DNA of 64,000 nucleotides from Euryarchaeota archaeon UBA181 (lineage in GTDB: Archaea; Thermoplasmatota; Poseidoniia; Poseidoniales; Thalassarchaeaceae), in contig DALI01000049.1 of the NCBI GenBank assembly GCA_002496725.1, forward strand, positions 1,772 through 65,771. The letters are read 5' to 3'. The notes under the pieces are model-generated. The model ran no database searches, had not been told where the DNA came from, and saw only the letters and a list, made by a program, of their open reading frames with translations. This document shows, one piece after another, positions 1-9,674 of the stretch; within the stretch, counting starts at the first letter, position 1, and every line of letters starts with the position of its first letter. The position numbers and the translations under genes were made by a program.

Positions 1-2807
1 ATGTCAGCTACGGAGCCTCGTACACAACAACCGGCTTGACTGGACTGACAGACGGCGACTACTTCGGAGTCACCAGCTTCGCGACAACTGTGGGCGCCTT
101 CACCGAAGGGACACAGGGCTACCAGATGTCCGATACGGATGGTATAACCACCTTTACCACCAGCAGCGTCTCCGATGTAGACAGCGTCTCAATGGACGTC
201 TTCTTCCAGAGCACAAGCTGGGAACTTTCCGACTACATCACGGTCAGCTTCGTAGGCACAACGACCACAGTACTTCTGGACACCAACGGATACGACATCA
301 ATCTAGACTTCCCTACATACGAGGGAGCTTGGACGACAGTGTCAGGAGCAGTCTCAGGAACTGGATACCTTTCAGTCGAGTTCTCCTCGAACGAGGCCAC
401 AGAGTCTGTTTTCTTGGACAACATCATGTTCATGTCTGATGGACTAGACCTGGATCTGGACGATGACGACGACGGCTACATGGACATCAATGACGATTGT
501 CCGTTCGATGCCGCAGAGCACGTTGACACTGATGGCGATGGATTCTGTAACGTACAGGACACAGACGACGACGGAGACGGAACATACGACTGGAACGATC
601 TGTACCCACTCGACCCAACGGAGACCGCGGACGCTGATGGCGATGGAATCGGCGATAACGCAGACACTGACGACGACAACGACGGTACCCCAGACGCATC
701 GGACGCATTCCCGAACGATCCTTCTGAGGACTCAGACGTCGATGGCGACCTAATAGGCGACAACGCAGATACCGACGATGATAACGACGGTGTTAGCGAC
801 CTTGAGGACGTGTGGCCACTAGATGGCACGCAGAGTACCGATACAGATGGAGACGGCATCGCCGACTTCCTCAACTCGATCACGCCAGGCGAGTCGTTTG
901 ACTTCGAGACAGGTTCCATACCGACCAATGTGACTACGGCGTGGGGATACTCGCAATGCACTGGGTACGGTAACACGACCCTGGGTACTGTGAGCTCATG
1001 CACGCCGACAACAGTCCACAACGACTGGTCTGTGACCAACAGCGACCCAATAGCCGGTAGCTACTCACTGATGTCTGGTCAACTATCCTCTGGGTACTAT
1101 GGGGATCTGACAGTCTCAGCAACGTTCTTCACCACAGGTGGAGACATAGTATGGGACTACAAGGTCAGCTCGGTAGAGAGGACCTACTCGACTCAGTTCC
1201 ACGAGGGCCTGAAGGTCTTCGTGAACGGCGTTCAGATAGACGCATCCCAATATGGTGGAAGCTTCAACGGAGAGTGGTCAGGTGAGCGCACAGGGTCCAT
1301 GTCATGGGCCGTACCAACCGGTACTAACACGATCGAGTTCACCTTCGACTTCGGAACCAGCGGTTCCGGCGGTTCAAGCACAGCCTGGATAGACAACCTA
1401 GTCCTCCCAAGCGTCATGACATCGTCGAACTACGACTTGGATGACGATGGCGATGGAGCAAACGACTCAATCGACCTAGACAGCCTTGACCCATGCATCG
1501 GACTGGACTCTGACGGCGATGGACTATCTGATAACCTCGGACTGATGCTCGATGGCTCTGCCTGCGATGCGTCTGCCTACACGATAGACGATGACGATGA
1601 CGACGATGGCTGGACTGATGCTGAAGAGACAGCGTGTGGCACAGACACCCTTGATGCTACATCCATGTCCCCTGACAACGATGCAGACGGAATATGCGAC
1701 GGAATGGACGATGATGACGACAACGATGGCGTCTCTGATGCCAATGACGCGTTCCCAATGGATGCAAGCGAGTTCTCTGACAACGATGGCGATGGAACAG
1801 GCGACAACAACGATACCGACGATGACAACGACGGCGTCACAGATGGCCTGGATGCGTTCCCACTGGATGCAAGCGAGACTTCTGACTACGATGGAGACGG
1901 CATTGGAGACAACGCCGACACTGACGACGATGGCGACGGATGCGACGACGCTAGTGACGCGTTCCCATACAACGCCAACGAGTGCATCGACACAGATGGC
2001 GACGGACTGGGCGACACGGTTGATCCAGACGACGACAACGATGGCGTGGCAGACGTGGCAGATCCATTCCCCTTGGATGCCAGTGAGTCATCCGACGATG
2101 ACGGCGATGGAATTGGTAACAACGCAGACACTGACGACGACGGCGATGGAGTCGACGACGTAGACGACGCGTTCCCGATGGACCCAAGCGAGACTTCTGA
2201 TCTCGATGGCGATGGCCAGGGCGACAACTCCGATGCGGATGACGATGGCGATGGTGTCAACGACGGTATCGACGCGTTCCCAACCGATGCTACCGAGAGC
2301 GCAGATCTCGATGGAGACGGCATTGGCGACAACTCAGACACTGACGACGACGGCGATGGAGTCTCAGACACTGACGACGCGTTCCCAAGCAACCCAGGAG
2401 AGTCTGCCGACTTTGACGGCGATGGCATCGGAGACAATGCTGACAATGACGATGACGGTGATGGATATGCTGACTCCAATGACTGGGCGCCAATGGATTC
2501 CACTGAGTGGCTCGACACAGATGGTGACGGAACAGGAAACAACGCTGACGACAATGACGATGGCGATGACTACACCGACGAGTACGAGATATCCTGCGGT
2601 ACTGATTCACTAGATTCAGATGAAGTCCCATCGGACTTCGATGATGATGGCATTTGTGACGCTCTTGACGAGATAGACGACAAAGCAGGCACCGGCGATG
2701 AGGAAACCGAGTTGGGATGGACCAACACAGTTCCCGGATTCCCCTCACTGCTTGCTGGAATCGCTCTGATCGGCGCCGCACTAGTCGGTCGCAGAAAGGA
2801 AGACTGA
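1..2807 (+). CDS. Secreted, highly acidic Ca-binding surface protein with many thrombospondin type-3-like repeats and a C-terminal PGF-CTERM archaeosortase sorting signal. It is 5' partial: the frame is open to the window edge, and the track start at 36 is a TTG.
   Basis: Reiterated Dx[DN]xDGxxDxxD motifs (DTDGDGIGDNADTDDDNDGV...). C-terminus is ...VPGFPSLLAGIALIGAALVGRRKED, i.e. PGF motif, one TM helix and a basic tail. There is no in-frame stop between position 3 and 36. Confidence 0.75.
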   Translation, partial: VSYGASYTTTGLTGLTDGDYFGVTSFATTVGAFTEGTQGYQMSDTDGITTFTTSSVSDVDSVSMDVFFQSTSWELSDYITVSFVGTTTTVLLDTNGYDINLDFPTYEGAWTTVSGAVSGTGYLSVEFSSNEATESVFLDNIMFMSDGLDLDLDDDDDGYMDINDDCPFDAAEHVDTDGDGFCNVQDTDDDGDGTYDWNDLYPLDPTETADADGDGIGDNADTDDDNDGTPDASDAFPNDPSEDSDVDGDLIGDNADTDDDNDGVSDLEDVWPLDGTQSTDTDGDGIADFLNSITPGESFDFETGSIPTNVTTAWGYSQCTGYGNTTLGTVSSCTPTTVHNDWSVTNSDPIAGSYSLMSGQLSSGYYGDLTVSATFFTTGGDIVWDYKVSSVERTYSTQFHEGLKVFVNGVQIDASQYGGSFNGEWSGERTGSMSWAVPTGTNTIEFTFDFGTSGSGGSSTAWIDNLVLPSVMTSSNYDLDDDGDGANDSIDLDSLDPCIGLDSDGDGLSDNLGLMLDGSACDASAYTIDDDDDDDGWTDAEETACGTDTLDATSMSPDNDADGICDGMDDDDDNDGVSDANDAFPMDASEFSDNDGDGTGDNNDTDDDNDGVTDGLDAFPLDASETSDYDGDGIGDNADTDDDGDGCDDASDAFPYNANECIDTDGDGLGDTVDPDDDNDGVADVADPFPLDASESSDDDGDGIGNNADTDDDGDGVDDVDDAFPMDPSETSDLDGDGQGDNSDADDDGDGVNDGIDAFPTDATESADLDGDGIGDNSDTDDDGDGVSDTDDAFPSNPGESADFDGDGIGDNADNDDDGDGYADSNDWAPMDSTEWLDTDGDGTGNNADDNDDGDDYTDEYEISCGTDSLDSDEVPSDFDDDGICDALDEIDDKAGTGDEETELGWTNTVPGFPSLLAGIALIGAALVGRRKED
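430..2700 (+). repeat. In-frame tandem array of Asp-rich calcium-binding (TSP3-like) repeat units inside the surface-protein CDS.
   Basis: Nucleotide-level near-repeats (gacactgacgacgac..ggcgatgg..) recur about every 100–120 nt. Antisense frames give long spurious S/P-rich ORFs. Confidence 0.6.
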
Positions 2808-2937
2808 GCAATCAGTCAACGAAACCCGGCCCGGGGGAGTGTCCTCCGGGTCGGGCCAAACACCCTTGGTGGAGCTGTAGCCGTAAGTATACACTGGCAA
2901 TGCTGATAAGTCGACTCAATCAGCGTGAGTTGATAGT

Positions 2938-3324
2938 ATGCCGGGAACTACGAGAGTTGAGATTAGGACATTGAAAGTTGGAAGGTACGTAGCCCTCGAG
3001 GAGAATGCCTACAAGATACTCGGAATGAGCAAGTCAAAGCCCGGAAAGCACGGTTCGGCAAAGGCTAGAATTGAGCTAGAAGATATTTTTACAGGGCAGA
3101 AGAGAAGTCATGTCGGTACTGTTACCGATACCATCCATGTTCCTCTGATAGAGAAGGGTTCTGCGATAGTTACGCATATTCAGGGCAGTGAGGTACATGC
3201 CATGGACAACAAGACATACGAGACACTCATCCTACCTCTGGATAACGAGCTAAACCTTGTTTCAGGAGGGGAAATACAGTGGATGGAAGCCATGGGCAGA
3301 TACAAGGTGACTCGTGACCATTGA
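2938..3324 (+). CDS. eif5a: Translation initiation factor 5A (aIF5A/eIF5A), the hypusine-containing factor.
   Basis: Carries ...GMSKSKPGKHGSAKARIE..., the conserved hypusination loop K-P-G-K-H-G. Length is 128 aa. Confidence 0.85.
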   Translation: MPGTTRVEIRTLKVGRYVALEENAYKILGMSKSKPGKHGSAKARIELEDIFTGQKRSHVGTVTDTIHVPLIEKGSAIVTHIQGSEVHAMDNKTYETLILPLDNELNLVSGGEIQWMEAMGRYKVTRDH

Positions 3325-3404
3325 TCCATAAACTCGTTCCTTAACCCCTCCATTGGCGTGAATGTATAAGCGACGTCCCCCTCAGTCAGGTAGAAGGCGA
3401 TTGT

Positions 3405-5762
3405 ATGGGTGATGTCGAGAAATCAGCCTACAGGCAACCAGTAACGGCTTCTGGTCTTGAGGCGATCGAGAAGGGGACTCTGACCTGGCTCGATGAGGAC
3501 ATGTATAACAACCTCAACACAGGGGTGCTAGAGCAGTACTTGGAAGAAAAGAATATCAATGAGTCCTTCGAGATTAGCCATTGGAACACCAGGAAGGTAC
3601 TCATTGGGGTACTTATCGGGGCCCTCTTCAGCGGAGTCACTGCGTATATCGGACTCAAGATAGGGATGGCGGTCTCAGCTGCTTGGTATGTGGCATATCT
3701 CCTAGGGATGGCGCTGAAGTGGTCCCCTTCTGAGGTAAACATAGCCACCAGCGCCACTACTGGGGCTACACATGCCTCAACGGGCTTCATTTTCACATTC
3801 CCCGCAATTTTCCTCTTGGCCTACTCTGATTCTTACAAGGTTGGGGACGGTTTCCTAATTTCTTCCGTCGATACCCTGCAGTTGGCATTCATCGGTATAA
3901 TAGCCTCCATGTTCGCCGGATTCCTAGGGGTGATGTACTTCATAATATTCAGGAGAGTATGGTTAGTAGAGGACCCTCTGCCGATGCCAGGTTTCGAGGC
4001 TACACTGAAGATGCTAGACATAGCCTCAGACGTCAGTACCGGTGCCGCGGACGCAGCCAGGGACTCACTAAGGACAGTCGGCGTCTGGACAGTCATGACA
4101 ATGGCGTTCATGTTCGTAATTGACTACCCTATTCGTTGGGGGAGGAAGCTAGCAGGCGCCCCTAGTAGCATAGCAGATTGGTTCGCTATGACTCTGTCTG
4201 GCCAGGACTGGGGCCTTGCTTCCGTGTATACTCAAAGATGGATACACCAACCAAGCAAGCTAGACAACGGATTCGCACCATACAACGGAATTACCCCCTA
4301 TGCCAGCTCGAACCCATTCTCATACACGTTCCTGGGCATCGAGCTAAGCCCAACCCTTCTAGCAATAGGTTGGTTCATGAAGTTCAGAGTGGCATTCCTT
4401 GTCAACCTAGGCTCTATAGTGGCATGGTTTTTCCTAGTTCCGCTAGTGGTTATCCAAGACGTCCCAGTATACGACCCATCCCTGGGGTCATACGTCAATA
4501 TCACAGAATATGCAGACTCATCTTCCAGTATCTATTATCCAACAATCCAGTGGAAGGCATTCTCTTCCGTTGTCAGGACAATCGCCATTGGGGCAATCCT
4601 GGGGGGCGGAATATTCGGGCTAGTGAAGATGGCACCTACATTCATCTCGATCTTCGGGGACATATCATCCGCCTTCACCGGCGAGAGAGGAGATGAATTT
4701 ATCGAGAATAAGGGATGGTATGAGTGGCCATTGACGCACATCCCAGTATTCATGGTAATTTCATTTTTCGCCATGATTCTGACTTTCCTCATTGGCGGAT
4801 TCCCCCTGCTCCCCTCTGCAATTTTCGCTATAGTGCTCATTTTCACAACTTTCCTATTGGGGGCAATTGCCGTCAGAGTCATGGGGGAGACTGGCATAGA
4901 GCCAGTATCAGGGACGTCATTCATCGTTCTGCTAATGCTCCTTCTGATTTTCCTGAATCTTGATGTCGGCTTGGACAAAGAGGAATCAGTCCTCATTGCA
5001 CTTGTCGGTACGACTGTTTTCGGTTCTGCAATAAGCATGAGCGGAACAGTGGTCGGGGATTACAAGAACAGTCTATACATTGGAAATCGTCCATATCATA
5101 TCTCCAAGGGCAACATAATGGGAGTGGTCCCAGGTGCAATCCTGGGTGCTGCAGTAGCGATCTTCCTCTCTAAGCTCCTCGCAGACGGGACCATAGATCT
5201 TCTAGCTCCCCAAGCAAATGCATTCGCATACTTCACCACAATCCTGGCAGAAGGGCAGGGGGACTGGGGGGCATTGGCTCTTGGCTTCGCACTGGGGGCG
5301 TTCGTAGAGTGGGCGACAGGGATGGGAACGTCCTTCGGCCTGGGGATGTACCTTCCCACGCCAGCTACATTCCCGATGCTTCTGGGAGGGGCCGCCAGGG
5401 ACTGGTGGGAGAAGAGGAGGCTACAACCCAAGGTAGACTCACTAAGGATAGAGAAGGGCGCCCAAGAGGCAGAGAGAGGAAGGGCACTTATGCTCCTATA
5501 CACGTTCATGATAGCCGCAGGCGCCCTCACTGGAGAGGCATTCTACGGTGTCGAAGCGGCCATACTAGCTGTCCTGGATGATCAGATCGGCACCGGCCTA
5601 TCCAACTGGCCTGCAATCAGACTAGCTGGCTTCATAATCCTCAATGCCGTCTTGGGGGCGTTGATCTACGTGCTCTTCAGCAAGGCTGGCATCATCGGCC
5701 CTAGCAAGGGTCCCGATAAGCCACAAGACTCGGAAGAATATTTGGAAGCAGAGTTAGCGTGA
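3405..5762 (+). CDS. Polytopic membrane transporter, probably OPT-family oligopeptide transporter.
   Basis: 785 aa with more than 14 predicted TM helices. The DPLPMPGFEATLKML segment resembles the OPT 'LPFPSGTATAE' signature. Confidence 0.5.
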   Translation: MGDVEKSAYRQPVTASGLEAIEKGTLTWLDEDMYNNLNTGVLEQYLEEKNINESFEISHWNTRKVLIGVLIGALFSGVTAYIGLKIGMAVSAAWYVAYLLGMALKWSPSEVNIATSATTGATHASTGFIFTFPAIFLLAYSDSYKVGDGFLISSVDTLQLAFIGIIASMFAGFLGVMYFIIFRRVWLVEDPLPMPGFEATLKMLDIASDVSTGAADAARDSLRTVGVWTVMTMAFMFVIDYPIRWGRKLAGAPSSIADWFAMTLSGQDWGLASVYTQRWIHQPSKLDNGFAPYNGITPYASSNPFSYTFLGIELSPTLLAIGWFMKFRVAFLVNLGSIVAWFFLVPLVVIQDVPVYDPSLGSYVNITEYADSSSSIYYPTIQWKAFSSVVRTIAIGAILGGGIFGLVKMAPTFISIFGDISSAFTGERGDEFIENKGWYEWPLTHIPVFMVISFFAMILTFLIGGFPLLPSAIFAIVLIFTTFLLGAIAVRVMGETGIEPVSGTSFIVLLMLLLIFLNLDVGLDKEESVLIALVGTTVFGSAISMSGTVVGDYKNSLYIGNRPYHISKGNIMGVVPGAILGAAVAIFLSKLLADGTIDLLAPQANAFAYFTTILAEGQGDWGALALGFALGAFVEWATGMGTSFGLGMYLPTPATFPMLLGGAARDWWEKRRLQPKVDSLRIEKGAQEAERGRALMLLYTFMIAAGALTGEAFYGVEAAILAVLDDQIGTGLSNWPAIRLAGFIILNAVLGALIYVLFSKAGIIGPSKGPDKPQDSEEYLEAELA

Positions 5763-5766
5763 TGAT

Positions 5767-6720
5767 ATGCTCCTCGACAGAGTCCCCAGAGCAGGGCCTT
5801 ACGCCCTCCTTGCTATCGCACTGGTGGCTGTATCAAGCGCTGGCGCCGTACTACAACAGATGGAGGGCGTGCCCCCTCTTCTGAAAGCATCATGGAGGAT
5901 GTATGGTACCTCAATCGTGCTCCTTCCGGGATTTTTTTACCAGTGGTACCATGTGAGTGATGGCCTTCCCCCTAGAAAGGACTGGTTCCTCATCTGCCTA
6001 TCCTCACTGTTCCTCGCGCTCCACTTCGGTAGTTGGATCTGGTCACTCGATAATACCAGTCTCGTGCATAGTCTACTTTTCGTAACCAGTCACCCATTGG
6101 TAGTGGTCGCACTAATGCCAATAATAGGTGCATCTGTCAGAAGAGGGCATTTCTACGGCGCCTTGATAGGGTTCATTGGCGCCTCAATAGCTCTGATGGA
6201 AATCGGTGGAAACAGTGAGGTCACATTAATCGGCGATGCGGCCGCATTCGTAGGTGCAGTCACAGTAGTCGGGTATCTGATGATAGGCAGGCACCTAAGG
6301 GCCACTAGGGAGACTCCAGTATTCATTTATGCATTTCCTGTCACCTTAATGGCAGGCCTATTGTTGACTATCGGTTCCGTTTCATTAGAGGGAACAGGAC
6401 TATCCTCGACAACTCCTGAACTCAGTGCATTCGGTTGGCTAGATGCAGTTTGGCTCCCTTGGATAGCATATCTATCGATAGGCCCTGGGCTCTGTGGGCA
6501 TACGGTCATCAACACAATACTCCGGTGGGTCTCACCGATCGTCGTATCGGTCGCACTACTGTTCGAACCAGTTATCGGCGGAACTATCGGTTGGATAATT
6601 ACGGGAGAGGCGTATCTGGGCCCATGGACATTAGTTGGTGGGCCACTGATGCTCCTAGGTGCGATTCTGGTTACTCTTGAGGAGAGTAAGAATGACTCAT
6701 CCGCAGACACTCATTCATGA
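5767..6720 (+). CDS. DMT-superfamily (EamA-like) permease.
   Basis: 317 aa with about 10 TM helices in two halves of 4–5 helices each, typical of EamA duplication. Confidence 0.45.
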   Translation: MLLDRVPRAGPYALLAIALVAVSSAGAVLQQMEGVPPLLKASWRMYGTSIVLLPGFFYQWYHVSDGLPPRKDWFLICLSSLFLALHFGSWIWSLDNTSLVHSLLFVTSHPLVVVALMPIIGASVRRGHFYGALIGFIGASIALMEIGGNSEVTLIGDAAAFVGAVTVVGYLMIGRHLRATRETPVFIYAFPVTLMAGLLLTIGSVSLEGTGLSSTTPELSAFGWLDAVWLPWIAYLSIGPGLCGHTVINTILRWVSPIVVSVALLFEPVIGGTIGWIITGEAYLGPWTLVGGPLMLLGAILVTLEESKNDSSADTHS

Positions 6721-7669
6721 ACCCCTTGCATGTCGGACATACGTGGAGAAAACACATCTACTGGTCACAAATGACGATGGCATAGAGGCCGACGGGCTGA
6801 TAGCCCTGGTAACTAGGCTCCATAGTGAAGGGCACCCGCTCGTAGTTTTAGCACCTGAGAAAGAACAGTCGGCTACAGGGATGAAACTGACACTTGCCAG
6901 TGGGATGAAGTTCACAGAGAGAACAGATATATCCGACTCGATCATTACCCAGGGGGGACCCCCTCTCAGAATGTTCTCACTCGATGGAAGCCCGTGTGAC
7001 TGCGTCATCGTAGCCTTAGAAGGGGGACTGAAGGCATGGGCCCCAGAAATAGAACCAATGATGTGCATCTCGGGTATTAATCACGGTCCGAACCTATCAG
7101 TCGACGTTCTACATTCGGGTACTGTCTCAGCCGCGAGGGAGGCTTCTCTGTATGGCATGCCCGCTATAGCAACAAGCCTCGCTACCTATGAGCACAGGAA
7201 CTTTGAAGACACCTTAACAGTGGTTACGGCGCTGATCGAAAGGTGCGTTTCTTCACTCCCCTCTTCACTCCCCAATCTACTGAGACCCGAGGGTACGGGA
7301 AATTACCCCCATGGAGATGATGAGAGATCAGTATTACGGTCAGCATTCCACCATGGAGATATTTTCCTAAATGTCAATACTCCTGTAAAGTGGTCTGGTG
7401 GAATCTCCACCGTGTCGCTTGGTGCTAGGTGGTACCGAAGTGCATCAGATATGGAGGAGGCCCCTCTCAATGGCATAGAATTCGAGGTTGGAGCTGCAAC
7501 AATTATCGAAGAGGACATCCCACTTACGGACTGTAACGCCATAAACGATGGACTCGCATCAATCACGCCCCTTGGGAGCTGGCCAGCCAATCATCCTCTG
7601 GGAATAAGCGGAAAGATGCTCAAGTCTGCAACATCGGAGGACTCCGATGGATTCCCCTACTGGATCTGA
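6692..7669 (+). CDS. surE: 5'/3'-nucleotidase SurE. The true start is probably the internal Met (MTHPQ...), not the track start at 6659.
   Basis: N-terminal LLVTNDDGIEADGL motif (the SurE DDG motif), followed by ...SGINHGPN.... Confidence 0.8.
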   Translation: MTHPQTLIHEPLACRTYVEKTHLLVTNDDGIEADGLIALVTRLHSEGHPLVVLAPEKEQSATGMKLTLASGMKFTERTDISDSIITQGGPPLRMFSLDGSPCDCVIVALEGGLKAWAPEIEPMMCISGINHGPNLSVDVLHSGTVSAAREASLYGMPAIATSLATYEHRNFEDTLTVVTALIERCVSSLPSSLPNLLRPEGTGNYPHGDDERSVLRSAFHHGDIFLNVNTPVKWSGGISTVSLGARWYRSASDMEEAPLNGIEFEVGAATIIEEDIPLTDCNAINDGLASITPLGSWPANHPLGISGKMLKSATSEDSDGFPYWI

Positions 7670-8163
7670 GAATCCATAATGTGATGCACAATCGAAATAC
7701 ACGAGTGCCCCTGTAGCCAAGTATCTCCCAAAGACAGGCTAGAAACTGTCTCAGGATCAAACACAACCTCCTTCTCAAGAGGTAAATCATCTGATATGAC
7801 GAACCCGCATTTCCCACTTAGTGGGGTCTCTGAGATATCATCACCTGTCACGTCGAGGATGTAGCATGTGACGCCATCATCCTGCCACTCGCTCAATGTC
7901 TGCCGTATGCCTCCCCCGGATTGCCTTATGCCCTTGGAAACATCAGAGAAGTGCCCTATGGGGGGAACAGGGGTCTTCATCAATGATTTGAAATGTCCTG
8001 CTATGGACCTTTCGTCAGGTCTCACGCCCCTCAGTTCAGAGCCATCAAAAAATACTCTTCGAGGTATCCCCTCGCCCATCAAGTGGGCCACTATCTGAGT
8101 ATTCTTCCTGATGCCATGTGAAATGAATAATGCTGAATTTATGGCTCTTACAATCACATCCAT
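7657..8163 (-). CDS. trmY: SPOUT-family tRNA (pseudouridine54-N1)-methyltransferase TrmY-like (COG1901). The N-terminus may extend to about 8250 with a non-canonical start.
   Basis: Motifs SALFISHGIRKNT, FDGSELRGVRPDERSIA and C-terminal LSLGDTWLQGHSCISIVHHIMD fit the TrmY/DUF358 trefoil-knot family. Upstream there are 34 in-frame sense codons without a stop (...RRFAIVGHRTPSGGKLNLNDLPGTGGR-M). Confidence 0.5.
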   Translation of the reverse strand: MDVIVRAINSALFISHGIRKNTQIVAHLMGEGIPRRVFFDGSELRGVRPDERSIAGHFKSLMKTPVPPIGHFSDVSKGIRQSGGGIRQTLSEWQDDGVTCYILDVTGDDISETPLSGKCGFVISDDLPLEKEVVFDPETVSSLSLGDTWLQGHSCISIVHHIMDSQIQ

Positions 8164-8254
8164 CCTCCCGCCGGTCCCCGGTAGATCGTTCAGGTTTAGC
8201 TTTCCCCCACTGGGGGTTCTGTGCCCGACTATAGCAAATCTACGTTCCAGGGCA

Positions 8255-9613
8255 TCACCCCATGCCTAGCTCAGAATCATCGAAATCCATCATCGATTGC
8301 ATCTGCCTTCGGAATCGCCTATCGCCCTTCATGCCACGCATCATCTTCTTACTTCTGTTCCATTGGGCAAGTAATTCCTTCACTTCTTTCTCTGTGACCC
8401 CGGAGCCTCTGGCTATTCTTCTAATCCGACTCGACTTGAGTAATACCGGCTCATCCTTCTCATTTTGGGTCATTGAATCCATGATTATTCTAAACTTCTC
8501 CAAGTTACTCTGCATCTGCTTTTTCTGACCTCTGCTGAGATTCCCCATTCCTCCAAACATACTATCGGGTAAGTGTGAGAGCAGTTTGTCCATCGTTCCT
8601 ATTTTACTCATCATTTCCATCTGGGAGTACATATCGGTCAAAGTAAACCTCCCTGACATCATTCTTTGTGTGATCCGCATTGCTTCATCTTGATCCAAAT
8701 CTTCCGGCGTTAGGTCAATTAGTCCCTTTATGTCTCCCATTCCGAGTAATCTGGATATGAAACGATCAGATTCAAACTTCTCCAAGTCTTGGATTCTTTC
8801 TCCCTCGCCTACGAAAACGATAGGTGCGCCCGTGGTCGATACAGCGCTTAGTGCCCCTCCTCCTCTCGCAGTTCCATCTAGCTTAGTGACAATAGTTCCA
8901 GTTACTCCGACAAGATCATGAAAAGTCTCGGCAACCGGTCCAGCCGCCTGTCCAACCTGAGCGTCTATGACTAGGAATCTCTCGGTCGCATTAGCAATCT
9001 CAGCTATGGATACAAGCTCCTGCCTCAATGAGTCATCAAGGCTGTCCCTCCCAGCTGTATCTATTATCACAACGTCAGAATTACTGAATTTTTTCAATCC
9101 ATTCTTTACGATTTTAGATGCATCATCCTCTCCTGGTTCGCCATGAACTTCTACGCCCGTCCCCTCGAGCAACTGACAAAGCTGCTCATATGCCCCTGGA
9201 CGGTGCGTATCAGCTTCTATGACAGAGACTCTGACTCCATGTCTCCTCCTCCACCAATCTGCCACCTTGGCAGTCGTAGTGGTCTTACCCTGTCCATACA
9301 AGCCCACCATCAATATTGTTTCATTGTGCGGTCTAATGTCCCTAGGTGGCCCCAAGAGTCTAACTAGCTCCGTGTAAATGATGTTCATTGCATGAGTTTC
9401 TAGTTTAGTCCCAGGACGTGGCTCTTCCTCAACCATCCTTCTCTCGACCTTCTCAGTAAGTTCCTTTGTCTGCCGCACATTAAAATCAGCTTCCAGAAGT
9501 GCCCGCCTCAGAGACTTGCTGAGCTCCTTGACAGTCTCATCATCTACCTCCCTCTTTCCTTTAAGCAAGCCCGCAGAACCGAGAATTCTCATCTTCAACG
9601 TGTCGAGCGCCAT
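8255..9613 (-). CDS. srp54: Signal recognition particle protein SRP54. The start is placed at MALDTLK...; the track ORF carries a 160-codon stop-free upstream extension.
   Basis: NG domain with [19 protein letters not shown] and [15 protein letters not shown] domain is Met-rich ([30 protein letters not shown]). Confidence 0.85.
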   Translation of the reverse strand: MALDTLKMRILGSAGLLKGKREVDDETVKELSKSLRRALLEADFNVRQTKELTEKVERRMVEEEPRPGTKLETHAMNIIYTELVRLLGPPRDIRPHNETILMVGLYGQGKTTTTAKVADWWRRRHGVRVSVIEADTHRPGAYEQLCQLLEGTGVEVHGEPGEDDASKIVKNGLKKFSNSDVVIIDTAGRDSLDDSLRQELVSIAEIANATERFLVIDAQVGQAAGPVAETFHDLVGVTGTIVTKLDGTARGGGALSAVSTTGAPIVFVGEGERIQDLEKFESDRFISRLLGMGDIKGLIDLTPEDLDQDEAMRITQRMMSGRFTLTDMYSQMEMMSKIGTMDKLLSHLPDSMFGGMGNLSRGQKKQMQSNLEKFRIIMDSMTQNEKDEPVLLKSSRIRRIARGSGVTEKEVKELLAQWNRSKKMMRGMKGDRRFRRQMQSMMDFDDSELGMG

Positions 9614-9674
9614 GACCACGGGTCCCGATAGGGTGGTTTGAACATTATCCGAGGCAGATGCACTCAAATGCCCG

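Noticed and set aside
476-2554. Long minus-strand ORFs (187, 222, 87 aa, S/P-rich) and plus-strand T/M-rich ORFs inside the first gene.
   Set aside because: These are artefacts of the GAC/GAT-rich tandem-repeat DNA. Only the Asp-rich frame gives a coherent TSP3 domain structure and PGF-CTERM.
2808-2860. GC-rich imperfect palindrome (cccggggga…tcctccggg) after the surface-protein gene.
   Set aside because: It is not followed by an oligo-T tract. A terminator role is possible but unsupported, so it is not listed as a feature.
4178-5038. Internal 172-aa, 167-aa and 79-aa ORFs within the OPT transporter gene.
   Set aside because: They lie in alternative frames of a clearly coding polytopic membrane gene and show no motifs.
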